A program made the translations under genes and the position numbers. Below the pieces are notes generated by a model. The model searched no databases, had not been told where the DNA came from, and saw only the letters and a program-made list of their open reading frames with translations. This document shows, one piece after another, positions 28,994 to 38,409 of a DNA stretch of 64,000 bases. Location: positions 544,001 through 608,000 of the forward strand of contig OY771555.1 in the NCBI GenBank assembly GCA_963674785.1, given 5' to 3'. Positions within the stretch are counted from its first letter, which is position 1. Every line of letters begins with the position of its first letter. This stretch comes from Caldisericia bacterium (GTDB lineage: Bacteria > Caldisericota > Caldisericia > JAAYUI01).

Positions 28994-30696
28994 TCGCTTG
29001 CACCAAAAAAACTCAAGCTGAATCCATAGTCTTCATCCGGATTGAGATTTCCAATCTCAGCAACTCCATCGCTTACACCCAGACTCGAACTGATTGTTGA
29101 TATTGAATTTACAAGGTCTCCACCATTGTCTGTATTTTCAAGTTGATGAATCCTCCTCATCACATCTGCCATTAGTGATGAATACAAGTATGGATCGAGT
29201 GTAGAATCAGCAAGGATTCTCCAGGATTCAGGTGTTATTTCGTGAGTAACTTTTGTCAGTTTGACATTATTATGTGTGCCAAATCTGCTCAAGTTTATAT
29301 CAACAAGTTGTCCTGATTTCAGATTTGTACTGTAAACCTCATCACCATTTTTGAACCTATAGACTGTGACCTTGCCCTTAAGTGGTGGATTTTTGTGTTT
29401 TTCCAGAAGGTAGTCAGCATATTTATAAAGCACACTCCAGTCAGTGATAGAAGGCCTATTAACCTTCGGAAGGTCAATCTGCACCCCATATTCAGAAACG
29501 GATTCTTCAGATACCTCTGTTATATAGGATATCTGCATCTTCCTTTTATATCTTATCATGTAACCAAGAAGGACATCCTCCACTGTGGGTGATTCATCTG
29601 GGTCAACCTGATTTCTGAGTCTGTTGCCAATAAACCCGGCATTGGAAGCTACAGCCTGAGATTTCACATAGACATATCCACCATCAGAAAGGTCGTCTGC
29701 TTCATCAACATAGATGGCATCAAAATCTGTTATTATGTTGTGACTTGTGATGGCAAGAGTTTTTGACCCAAGGGTTACCCCAGAACTGGTTCCAACTGTG
29801 GCTGCTAGACTTTCAGTAGATGAAGCCGCCATCCATACACTCTGCCCTGCAATGTCTTCGCTTTTTCCACAGTCGACCTGAACAATACGACCGTTTTCTA
29901 AAACCCCATCACCTCTATCAAAAACCTTGAAAACTTTGACACCATCATTTTTATACCAAATAGGTATCTGCAGTGGATAGTTATCAGAGAAAAACAGCTG
30001 CGTTGTTTCTTCAAGATCATCAACTGAAACATACTGCTCTGTGAAATTCTTGGCATCACCGACCCCACCTTCAACCCAGACTCTATTTGCAAGAGTTGTA
30101 TAGTCCCTTGCAAACGCTGTTGTTTTGCCCTTTGAAGTATCAACCACATCATCCGTGATATCTTCCATGACTTTCTCAATGAAAACCGGGCCAAAATAGT
30201 GGTCTCGTTCCGAAGAAACACTCCATGACCAGCCCATTAAATCAGCAAGCGTTGATAGACACTGATTCAAACTTGTTCCATTGAATCTGAGTGTTGCTGT
30301 TTCTGTAGTTTCTGTAACTGCATTTACTGTATGTTCTGGCAAATATTTCTGAATAAGCGATTTGTAGATTTCTGAAATCTGCCAGTCTTTGAAATGTTCT
30401 TTTACTTGCCTGTATCCGCATTCTATTGACCAATCACGGGCAATGATTTTTTGGCTTGTTCCAGTGAGTTCCTCAGTGTTACCGGGATAACCCTCAACCC
30501 TCCCGCCAAAAATCAAAGCGTCTTCCACATCCCTTATCTCAACAACCTCAAAGGCTGGAATCTCAAGTTTTTCACCGACCTTTAAAAAAAGCTGAGCTGT
30601 TGTTGCCTCAGAAATCGCATCAATAATCATCACACGCTCAACCCTTGCTGTAACATCAACAGAACCGAGGGTAATGCTTCCTAGTCCGCAAAACAT
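28978..30696 (-). CDS. Tail hub/Tal-like baseplate protein
   Basis: Follows the TMP. LIFGGRVE, L..LADLMGWSW.V, ANRVWVEG, SVSEYG, LKSGQLV.I motifs. Confidence 0.75.
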   Translation of the reverse strand: MFCGLGSITLGSVDVTARVERVMIIDAISEATTAQLFLKVGEKLEIPAFEVVEIRDVEDALIFGGRVEGYPGNTEELTGTSQKIIARDWSIECGYRQVKEHFKDWQISEIYKSLIQKYLPEHTVNAVTETTETATLRFNGTSLNQCLSTLADLMGWSWSVSSERDHYFGPVFIEKVMEDITDDVVDTSKGKTTAFARDYTTLANRVWVEGGVGDAKNFTEQYVSVDDLEETTQLFFSDNYPLQIPIWYKNDGVKVFKVFDRGDGVLENGRIVQVDCGKSEDIAGQSVWMAASSTESLAATVGTSSGVTLGSKTLAITSHNIITDFDAIYVDEADDLSDGGYVYVKSQAVASNAGFIGNRLRNQVDPDESPTVEDVLLGYMIRYKRKMQISYITEVSEESVSEYGVQIDLPKVNRPSITDWSVLYKYADYLLEKHKNPPLKGKVTVYRFKNGDEVYSTNLKSGQLVDINLSRFGTHNNVKLTKVTHEITPESWRILADSTLDPYLYSSLMADVMRRIHQLENTDNGGDLVNSISTISSSLGVSDGVAEIGNLNPDEDYGFSLSFFGASEWEGN

Positions 30697-30701
30697 CAGT
30701 C

Positions 30702-33317
30702 CTAAACTCCCCTGAATTCTACAAGCTCAAGAATGGCTTTCTGTGCTTCGATGGCTGCATCCTGGGCAAGTGTGGAAACCAGCTCCTGAATTGAGCCATT
30801 GTATCCACCAAGGTCAAGATTGAATGTTTGATTTACTTGGACAGCACCAACCGAGAGACTTGTTGAATCTCCGCCCGAAGTGGTTGGAATTTTATCAGCC
30901 CATTTGTTGCTTGAAGCTGGAAGACCCATGCTTGACCTGTCGTATCCCCAATCAGACATCCTCTGTTTTTGTTGGGCAAGCACCGCACTTGTTGGGTCTG
31001 TTTCAATCCAGTTTTCATTTTCAGACCTCATCGCATCAGCCATCTCCTGTGGCATGTAGAGGTCATTTCCATACTGGTCTCTTCCGTGGAAGTATTCATA
31101 TGGACTTTTGTATGTTGAGCTACTTCCCGATGCTCCGGCAAATGTCTGACTGAAACCAAACATTGTGGGTGATGAGAAAGTTGAATTTTCAATCCCACCT
31201 GTTCCACCTGAAAATGTTTGTGAAAATCCACTTGACCAATAATTGCTGCTACCTGATAAAATACCACTAGCATAATCACTTGAAAAAGAATCGGTCATTC
31301 TAGAAAGAAGACTCACCAAAAGCTTTGCAGACTCATCCTCAGAACTCTGTGTCCACGCTGAATTTGCAAGCTTCCAGGTATCGTAATCTCCACCCTGAAT
31401 ATCTGAAAGTCGCTGTTTTTTCCACTCATCAGCTATTGTTTTTGCGAGAGTTTCAGCTGACTCTTCCTCGCTTCCATTTGTTGTGTTTATAACGGTTTCG
31501 AGTCTTTCAAGTAGGCTGAGGTCGAGTTTATCCCAATCTCCGCCCTCCCATGATGCAGCATATCTCTGGTAACCAACCCCTCCACCTTCAGTGAAGGATA
31601 CACCCAAAACATCGGCAATTTTTGTCAGATGCTCATTTATGTCGTTACCAAACCACCCTCTTGTCTGCCCACCTGAAAATGCTATCTCTTCACCTTGAAG
31701 TGATTTTGTAAGATTGAAAATCTTGCCGAAAATATTACCAGCAGAATCGTCATCATCAGCACTATCAAGCATCTTTATTGCTGATTCAATATCCCATTGC
31801 CCGGAAAGACCAAGCCTTTCTTGCCAGCTTTCGGGCAGGTCTTCAATACCCATATTTGCAGGAAGATGACCAAAACCAAGTTTTTCAGCACTCTCGATAC
31901 TCCCCTGTTTTCTAACAAAGGCATCCCACCATTCCGTGTTTACAAGGTCGACAGGAAGCCCTGTTTCTGAATCAATCTCTGAGTCTCTAAGGTTTTGTGC
32001 AAGCTCAGTATCTGAATATTGATCAAGGATTTTATTAAGATTTCCCCGATCAACACCATTTGTCCATCCTTCGGGAGATTCCTCTTTGACATAATCAATG
32101 TACTGTTTTACAAGCTCTTCAAGATTGTTCCAGTCTCTAAACTCTGATACATTCGACGCCCTTGCATAATCACTCGTTCCCTTGTTGTGACTTTTGAGCC
32201 AATTGTCATATTTATCATTTAAAAACTCATCCCAGCTATCGACACCCTCTGCAACATCTGGAGACTGAGACACAGGAATCTCTTTGTTCAACGCTTTCCA
32301 GGTACCCTTGTCCTCATTGTATTCCCAGTTTTTTCTCTGGTTGGGATTTTCCTTCAACCACTGTGAGAATTTCTGTGGGTCATTTTCTGCCATACTGTAA
32401 ACTGACCCCTGGGCAAGCCCAATTCCCGTGTACCACTCCTCAAGATAGCTACTGTAATCAGTGCCTCCAGCAAAAGCTGAATGCACACCACTACCCTCAT
32501 TTGCTGGTTTTGATTTTGTCATGATGTCTCTGAAAAGCTTGAACTCATCAGCAAGCTTAGAGTCATCCGCCATCTTCAAAATGTTTTCGGACTCCCTATA
32601 ATCGACTCCAGTGGAACTGTAAAGAGATGAGATTGACCCATCCGCTGTGGTTGGAATTTTCCTGAAAGTTTCAGAGAATCTCTCTGTAACAGATTCAATG
32701 TAACTTGTCATTTGTGAGGTATCAGAGATGTCAAACGCTGATACCATCATATTTGATATCTTTGTGAGTTTTTCAGATAATACATCTTCAGCAGATACCA
32801 ATCCCGATGCAAGCAATGTTACAAGTCTTTTTGTCCAGAGCTGTGGGTCTTCTTTTGATAGTGGTCCCAATCTTGCAGGTGAGTGAAGCTCAAAATATCC
32901 TGCCAGAATATCTGAAATCCTGTAAGCAGCTGACTCAATCTCACTTGAACCTTGGGTTAGTCCACTTGCAAACATCGATGCCGCTGTCACTCCCCAGTTG
33001 AACATCAAGTCGGGAAGTTCAGTCAGTGATTTGTTTATGGATGATGTGAGTGATGACCCAAAATCAGTTCCAATCTCACTTGCCATCTCTCTCATTTTCA
33101 GAGCCGAAAGCTGCAGTGATTTTGTGGTTTCATCAAGTTTTGTTTTGAGCTTTGTTGCTCCGTTTTCAGCAATCTTCCAGGAGGAAACAAGAGTCTTTAT
33201 TGCGGAAGAATTCTTTTCAATTCCAGCTGATAATTCAGCTACTCCGCTTTCTACCTCTGAAATAATCGCTGTTGCGTTATCTTTTGCTTCGATTTCTATT
33301 GATAGTTTTTCTGTCAA
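30702..33317 (-). CDS. Tape-measure-like protein with a large atypical central region
   Basis: TMP-type N-terminus (LSIEIEAKDNATAII), HSPARLGPLS motif and TMP-type C-terminus (VQVNQTFNL). TTG start with RBS AGGAGG. Confidence 0.75.
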   Translation of the reverse strand: MTEKLSIEIEAKDNATAIISEVESGVAELSAGIEKNSSAIKTLVSSWKIAENGATKLKTKLDETTKSLQLSALKMREMASEIGTDFGSSLTSSINKSLTELPDLMFNWGVTAASMFASGLTQGSSEIESAAYRISDILAGYFELHSPARLGPLSKEDPQLWTKRLVTLLASGLVSAEDVLSEKLTKISNMMVSAFDISDTSQMTSYIESVTERFSETFRKIPTTADGSISSLYSSTGVDYRESENILKMADDSKLADEFKLFRDIMTKSKPANEGSGVHSAFAGGTDYSSYLEEWYTGIGLAQGSVYSMAENDPQKFSQWLKENPNQRKNWEYNEDKGTWKALNKEIPVSQSPDVAEGVDSWDEFLNDKYDNWLKSHNKGTSDYARASNVSEFRDWNNLEELVKQYIDYVKEESPEGWTNGVDRGNLNKILDQYSDTELAQNLRDSEIDSETGLPVDLVNTEWWDAFVRKQGSIESAEKLGFGHLPANMGIEDLPESWQERLGLSGQWDIESAIKMLDSADDDDSAGNIFGKIFNLTKSLQGEEIAFSGGQTRGWFGNDINEHLTKIADVLGVSFTEGGGVGYQRYAASWEGGDWDKLDLSLLERLETVINTTNGSEEESAETLAKTIADEWKKQRLSDIQGGDYDTWKLANSAWTQSSEDESAKLLVSLLSRMTDSFSSDYASGILSGSSNYWSSGFSQTFSGGTGGIENSTFSSPTMFGFSQTFAGASGSSSTYKSPYEYFHGRDQYGNDLYMPQEMADAMRSENENWIETDPTSAVLAQQKQRMSDWGYDRSSMGLPASSNKWADKIPTTSGGDSTSLSVGAVQVNQTFNLDLGGYNGSIQELVSTLAQDAAIEAQKAILELVEFRGV

Positions 33318-33399
33318 TTTTTCCTCCTGTATTCAATTACGTAAATTCCTTTTTCAAGGGAGTGACCACCAGTGGTATAGGCGCATCCTATCATTTCTT

Positions 33400-33714
33400 C
33401 ATCATTCCCTCGCAGGCGGGAATAAAGGGGATGAAAAAATACATCCTTTTTGTTTGGTTAGATGATTTGACCATCATCAATAATTCCCCACAAAATATTT
33501 TGTGAATCAAAAGTAACCCTGGATGCCAGATCAAGTCTGGCATGACGAGGTATTCATCCTGAACTTGATTCAGGATCTGGCAGAAAGAATCGCATCTGAT
33601 TAGGGTTGAGATTCCCGGTCATAGCCGGGAATGACGTGAAAGTAGGCTGGAATAACGGGTTTTAAATGCCCTCCCTGAAGAGGGAGGGAGATGCCATTGA
33701 CATCCGGGAGGGTT
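33400..33714. repeat. Composite REP cluster (doublet 33400-33547, extra REPs, CCCTCCC-type hairpin)
   Basis: Palindromes at 33402, 33518, 33553, 33609 and 33669. Confidence 0.85.
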
Positions 33715-33723
33715 TTCTCCATT

Positions 33724-33752
33724 AAAAAAGGCCTCCGGTCACCGGAGGCCTT
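33724..33752 (-). terminator. Rho-independent terminator after menA
   Basis: AAGGCCTCCGG-TGA-CCGGAGGCCTTTTTT on the minus strand. Confidence 0.85.
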
Positions 33753-33777
33753 GATGTTTTTAAGATATCTTGTGTGC

Positions 33778-34695
33778 TTAGATTATAAATCCAATCGCGA
33801 TAAGAAGCGACATGGCAACATGCCCCATGACTGTCATTGCACAAGCACCTGTTAGCTTTGATGGTTCTTTGTAGTTTGCCCGAAGCTCAACATTTGATTT
33901 CACAAGTATCGGCAGTGCCAAAAATCCAAGTGACGTCCAAGGTGGCATATGAGTAAAAATAAGCCCACAGCCAAGTGCAATAAATGGTGTGAGGATAAGG
34001 AAGAAGTGAAGTCTTGCTGCAACGTCTGCACCGAGTCTTACGATCAAATGACGTTTACCTGTAGCTTCATCTGCCACCCTATCTGGGAATTCATTCACAT
34101 AGAGAATAAGCCCAACAAGGATCGTCATTGGAAGTGTCACAATCACAGGAACCCACGAGAGCATCCCTGTTTGTATGTAGAATGTTGCAAGTGCGACAAG
34201 CGCTCCGCATGTGATACCGGTTATCAGTTCACCAAAACCTGTTGAACCAAGCTCAATTGGTTTTGCTGTGTAGAAGTATCCAATCAAAATTCCAAGAGCT
34301 CCGATAATAAGTGTCCATATTCCCGAAACAAGATAGAGGTATACACCAATTGCAGCAGAAATAGTAAAGAGGAAGATCGCAAATCTAAGTGCACCCTTTG
34401 GGCTGATTGCTCCACTTTGAATGAGTCTGCTTCCACCAGTAAATGGTCTTACTGGAGTTTCATTTTTTTCATCGCAACCGGAGACATGATCCCAATAATC
34501 ATTTGCAGCATTTGTTGCAAAATTTGCAGTCACAGTTGCAAGAACTGTCAAAATGGCATTTAGCCAATTGAGAGTTCCAAATACACTCCAGATCATGGCA
34601 CATGTGACGATTACAGTCATTGCTGTTGCTGTGAAAAATTCTGGTCTCATCTCAGCAATCCAAACACCAAATGGTACTTTTTTCTTTTCGGTCAT
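33778..34695 (-). CDS. menA: 1,4-dihydroxy-2-naphthoate polyprenyltransferase (UbiA family)
   Basis: W...RP, NAANDYWD...G.D, PFTGGSR, FYTAKP, GFGE, NEFPD..AD..GKR motifs and multiple TM helices. Confidence 0.88.
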   Translation of the reverse strand: MTEKKKVPFGVWIAEMRPEFFTATAMTVIVTCAMIWSVFGTLNWLNAILTVLATVTANFATNAANDYWDHVSGCDEKNETPVRPFTGGSRLIQSGAISPKGALRFAIFLFTISAAIGVYLYLVSGIWTLIIGALGILIGYFYTAKPIELGSTGFGELITGITCGALVALATFYIQTGMLSWVPVIVTLPMTILVGLILYVNEFPDRVADEATGKRHLIVRLGADVAARLHFFLILTPFIALGCGLIFTHMPPWTSLGFLALPILVKSNVELRANYKEPSKLTGACAMTVMGHVAMSLLIAIGFII

Positions 34696-34758
34696 ACTAC
34701 TTTCACCTCGAAGGTTATTTTCAGTTACACATGATAAAAACAACTTCATTAAAAGGAA

Positions 34759-34995
34759 TCAAGATACCCTATGGGAGTTTCCACTCATCTTTTTGACTTG
34801 CAAAAGTTTCTGTTTTTTTCTGACATCAGACACAACTTCTGAAACCTTCACGAGCAGATAATCTTGAACCAGAAGTCCTCCAGAGTTTGTCCACAGACCA
34901 AGTTTGTTTACACTTTCAATCCACGATAAAACAATTTGAAATTTACGAGGCACGCTTTGAGATATTCCAAAGAGTGCCTCCTCGATTAGTTTTTT
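34759..34995 (-). CDS. Tail assembly chaperone frameshift extension (gpT-like part of G-T)
   Basis: Open -1 frame starting at slippery A AAA AAC (34995-34989). Contains LWTNSGGLLVQD. Confidence 0.75.
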   Translation of the reverse strand, partial: KKLIEEALFGISQSVPRKFQIVLSWIESVNKLGLWTNSGGLLVQDYLLVKVSEVVSDVRKKQKLLQVKKMSGNSHRVS

Positions 34996-35321
34996 TCCGA
35001 ATTTGTGAAGCTATGAAACTCCATTACCTCGGCCAATAACAAATTGAAATATAGAGCATCAAGTCCGGCAAGAGCTTCCTTTGATACCGACATTTTTTCA
35101 CCACCCACAGTCAAGCTGTGTGTAGCAAGAGTGACCATCTCAAGGTTTGCATCGTTACCCGACTTAAAACTCTCTGATGAGTTTTCATCACCCTCAATCA
35201 AAATCTCCTGGATACGCCTGAAGTCTCCCATGGAGACCCCATGAATTTCAGCTTTATCACCCTTACAACATCTTGAATCAAGGGCGTGAAAATCAATCTT
35301 TTTTGATCTGATGTAACTCAT
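34986..35321 (-). CDS. Tail assembly chaperone (gpG-like)
   Basis: Directly after the tube gene. Ends GAA AAA AAC TAA (EKN*). Confidence 0.8.
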   Translation of the reverse strand: MSYIRSKKIDFHALDSRCCKGDKAEIHGVSMGDFRRIQEILIEGDENSSESFKSGNDANLEMVTLATHSLTVGGEKMSVSKEALAGLDALYFNLLLAEVMEFHSFTNSEKN

Positions 35322-36554
35322 CTAGTAGCTCCCATTTACGAGTTCTACTTTGAGTGCAAAACCTTCCTCATCATCATAAACAGCCATTGCATTCCATGAT
35401 TGAGCAATTCTTCTGCCTATTTCTACTGGCACTGAACATTTTGTCATGTATACATTAGGCATAATAAGTTTTAATGAGTAATTATTCAATTCAGAATTAC
35501 CAATTGTCTCTCCAGTAGTTGTGATTGTGGCTGCAAATGGGGTTGTTGTCTGTTTGACATCATATTCAGAACCGCTTGCTCCAAGGAATCTCTGAAGGTC
35601 TGTGTCTGAATCAAAGATAGCCTCAGCTGAAAAATTCGCAGAAACTCCACCTGGGCTTCCCTTTGTGGTAAAGATTCCTGATTCGAGAGTTCGGTCTGCT
35701 CCCTCAAGACCATTTGAGATGTCGATTTTGAGAGACTTTACGATTCCAGTTTTGTTTGTGCTATCAAACTCAACTACGGTGTCTCTTGTGAAAAGAGGCT
35801 CAAGGTCTGTGTAGCTTGGAGTGGAATTTGTATTGTGTATGCTCATTTTTGAACCGATGAAACTTGTTGTGGTCATGATGGGTTCCATAGCCTGGTAATC
35901 AAGATTCACGGATTTTGCGGTCATTCCTGAGAATTTTGCGGTGCTACTACCTTCTGGTGTTCCAAGGTCGAGTTCCCAAGTGTAGCTTGGAAGTTCACTT
36001 GTATCGCTGAAAGTGTGTTTATAGGCAGGTGTTGTGTTTTCATCCACTGCATCACCAAGGTCATGGTCAAACAAAAGTCCATTCCCACTGCCTTCTGCTT
36101 CAATCATGAGAGTATTTGTAGAGATGTTTGTGATTTTTGCAAACTCACAGGTTGACCCTGTATCGATTGCGATATAATCACCAACCACAAGTCCTGTGGC
36201 ATCTGTTACATCAAATACTGTATCTCCTGCGATCACTGCTTCTGCAAGTGTTGTTTGCACGCCACCTGTTGGTCTCTCAGGAAGTGCCGTTGTTGTTTTT
36301 GCCCCGAACAACCCATACAGAAGTTCACAGGTTGCATCGGGGTCTGCTTCCATCTTCAGTGAACCACTCTGATTCCAACCACGCTGGACGACCTCTGATG
36401 ATTGAGCTGATCCACCGATTCTAAATCTTCTTTGCATCTCACGGCCCCAGTCCATGGAGCATGAGAGTACCTTCCAAAAATTATCAGCCGATACTTCGGT
36501 TCCGTATGTTGATTCTCTTCCGAAACCAAAATAGCTAGATTCTCCTTTTGGCAT
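35322..36554 (-). CDS. Major tail tube protein (non-contractile, phage_tube_2-like) with an inserted domain
   Basis: GFGRESTYGT N-terminus, LLYGLFG, YKHTF..LPSYTWE, IDISNGL motifs. Confidence 0.85.
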   Translation of the reverse strand: MPKGESSYFGFGRESTYGTEVSADNFWKVLSCSMDWGREMQRRFRIGGSAQSSEVVQRGWNQSGSLKMEADPDATCELLYGLFGAKTTTALPERPTGGVQTTLAEAVIAGDTVFDVTDATGLVVGDYIAIDTGSTCEFAKITNISTNTLMIEAEGSGNGLLFDHDLGDAVDENTTPAYKHTFSDTSELPSYTWELDLGTPEGSSTAKFSGMTAKSVNLDYQAMEPIMTTTSFIGSKMSIHNTNSTPSYTDLEPLFTRDTVVEFDSTNKTGIVKSLKIDISNGLEGADRTLESGIFTTKGSPGGVSANFSAEAIFDSDTDLQRFLGASGSEYDVKQTTTPFAATITTTGETIGNSELNNYSLKLIMPNVYMTKCSVPVEIGRRIAQSWNAMAVYDDEEGFALKVELVNGSY

Positions 36555-36661
36555 AATTATTTCTCCTTTAGTGATTATGAAACTTGAAAACCATCCTTAT
36601 CTCGAATGGTTTCGATTAAAACCTATATCAAATTTCCTCTTATCTCTCCTGCATTTCTCTA

Positions 36662-36871
36662 CGTCATTCCCGCGCAGGCGGGAATCTAGGGCATAAAAAA
36701 ACGCACATGTTTTTCTGGCCAGATTATTTGACCGACACAATGAATTCCTCAATAGAAAACTCATGTTTCAAATTAACCCTGGATGCCGTGTCAAGCACGG
36801 CATGACGTGGTGGGATTACAAGACGATTGTTTTCCCCACTCCTTTCTGAGGAGAGGGGTTAGGGGTGAGGA
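36662..36871. repeat. 146-bp REP doublet (36662-36807) plus a CCCC..GAGAGGGGTTAGGGGTGAGG-type repeat
   Basis: CGTCATTCCCGCGCAGGCGGGAATCTAGG ... CCTGGATGCCGTGTCAAGCACGGCATGACG. Confidence 0.85.
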
Positions 36872-36874
36872 GTA

Positions 36875-37279
36875 CTATATCTTCACCTCAACCACGACCA
36901 TCAGTTGTGACTGTAAAATAAAGCTGTTTTCTGAAAAGATCGGGTTTCCGATAAACTCTGTGGTCACCAAAGATGATGGATTTGAGAGGAAATTTTTGTT
37001 CCTTACAACACTTTCAATCTCTGCTGTCAGCTCTGAGAGTTTCAGATAACCATCCTCTTTTCCTGTTAATCCCTGAACCATCACTGTTAAGACAAGAGGA
37101 ATGAGTATATTTTTCCCACCTGCAAATGTCTCTGGTTTTTCTGTTGTCTTTGCAAGATGCAAACAACATGCGGGATATTTTGGCACAGCTTGCTTGAGGC
37201 CAATGAATATGAGCACATCATCCAAAGCTTCAGCCAAATTTGTTTTTGCTTCAAGCAATAACTCTTTATATGGTGTCAT
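36875..37279 (-). CDS. Tail terminator/completion-like protein
   Basis: 134 aa, lies between the neck genes and the tube. KYPACCL motif. Confidence 0.65.
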   Translation of the reverse strand: MTPYKELLLEAKTNLAEALDDVLIFIGLKQAVPKYPACCLHLAKTTEKPETFAGGKNILIPLVLTVMVQGLTGKEDGYLKLSELTAEIESVVRNKNFLSNPSSLVTTEFIGNPIFSENSFILQSQLMVVVEVKI

Positions 37280-37655
37280 TTTCTCCCCCCATCAAAAACC
37301 TCAGTAGTATCTCCTTCACCTTATCAACCCATCCTGGAGGCATGTTCATGAATGACCTTTTTGGAATTGTTTTTGAGCCAAACTCGTGGACAGCCGCATA
37401 TGGGAGCTCAGAAAGTCCTGTGCCAATCTCTGCCCTGTTTCCAGCAATAGTAACTGAGGTTGCTGCATTTTTGAGACTACCAGATTTATGCAAGTTTTTT
37501 CCACCAGTCCATTTTGGTCTTCCTCCTGATGTGAAGTTTTGATTGATTTCACTTACCACAAACGCTGATGAATCCTTCAAAGCATCATAAGGATTTGTGA
37601 TCTTCTCCTTTAAATCCGTGAGGATTTTTGTTACAGAAAATGTTATGCCTAACAT
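37266..37655 (-). CDS. Phage virion morphogenesis protein (Mu gpG/P2 gpS-like)
   Basis: NFTSGGRPKW, LHKSGSLKN, PYAAVHEFG, IPKRSFM. Confidence 0.85.
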   Translation of the reverse strand: MLGITFSVTKILTDLKEKITNPYDALKDSSAFVVSEINQNFTSGGRPKWTGGKNLHKSGSLKNAATSVTIAGNRAEIGTGLSELPYAAVHEFGSKTIPKRSFMNMPPGWVDKVKEILLRFLMGGENDTI

Positions 37656-38017
37656 ATCCAAAGCTCTCCCCATGTCTCTTTTTTTGTGAGTCCTGATTCT
37701 ATTGTTCCACCCACTATACCCTTCAGAGTTTCAAGACAGCGTTTATATTTTCTGTTTGCTGTCTCAAAAAATCCCCCGTTTTCTTCACTGTAGAGAAACT
37801 CCAGAATCAATGAGACAGCAAGTTCAGTGGAAAGTTCATTAATCAAATCGGGTACAGGTTCAGTGATTATGAATGTTTCAGATAGATTTGCATCGATTAT
37901 ACGGTCTGCTTTTGTGATGGCATGTTCAACCGAAAATTCGGTTTCGGATTGATCAGGCACAACCGACGAGTCGATTCCTTTCAATGATTTTCGTACATCA
38001 AGAATAGTTGTATACAT
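37649..38017 (-). CDS. Head-tail connector (Mu gp36/DUF1320-like)
   Basis: MYTTILDV, AI..AD.IIDANL, VPDLI..LS.ELA, Y...L..LK.I..G motifs. Confidence 0.8.
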   Translation of the reverse strand: MYTTILDVRKSLKGIDSSVVPDQSETEFSVEHAITKADRIIDANLSETFIITEPVPDLINELSTELAVSLILEFLYSEENGGFFETANRKYKRCLETLKGIVGGTIESGLTKKETWGELWIC

Positions 38018-38059
38018 TGTTACTCCTTTGTTTCTCTGCTTGAATCACATGTTTTCTTT

Positions 38060-38204
38060 CGACTTTCCAACGAAAGCTGCAATCCAGGATTATTCATGAT
38101 TCAGGCATTTCTACGGGATAATCTTTGATAAAAGAACAATAGTCTCACCAAACAAAAAGAAGACGATTTTCTTTGCCCTGGTTACCCGTTTTCACGGGAA
38201 GACG
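38060..38204. repeat. Diverged ~145-bp REP doublet
   Basis: ...AATCCAGGATTA + spacer + TTTGCCCTGGTTACCCGTTTTCACGGGAAGACG. Confidence 0.7.
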
Positions 38205-38248
38205 TAGTAGGGAATATGAGAGTTAGCATTAATTAACGCTGAATTCCT

Positions 38249-38407
38249 CTACTTCTTCCTCTTCTTTTTGAAGATTTTGAAATCAGGATTTCTTTTCAGA
38301 TATTCAATTTCATCTGCAGAATTTGTTGAAAACGGAATCCCATTTTCAGCTCTTCTCCACCTTGTTACAACTGATTTTTTACTGCCAGAAAGTACATATC
38401 TCGGCAT
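38249..38407 (-). CDS. Small basic YqbF-like protein after the capsid gene (absent from the ORF track)
   Basis: 52 aa MPRYVLSGSKKSVVTRWRRAENGIPFSTNSADEIEYLKRNPDFKIFKKKRKK. ATG lies 2 nt after the capsid stop. EYL..NP.F recalls skin-element YqbF. Confidence 0.6.
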   Translation of the reverse strand: MPRYVLSGSKKSVVTRWRRAENGIPFSTNSADEIEYLKRNPDFKIFKKKRKK

Positions 38408-38409
38408 GA

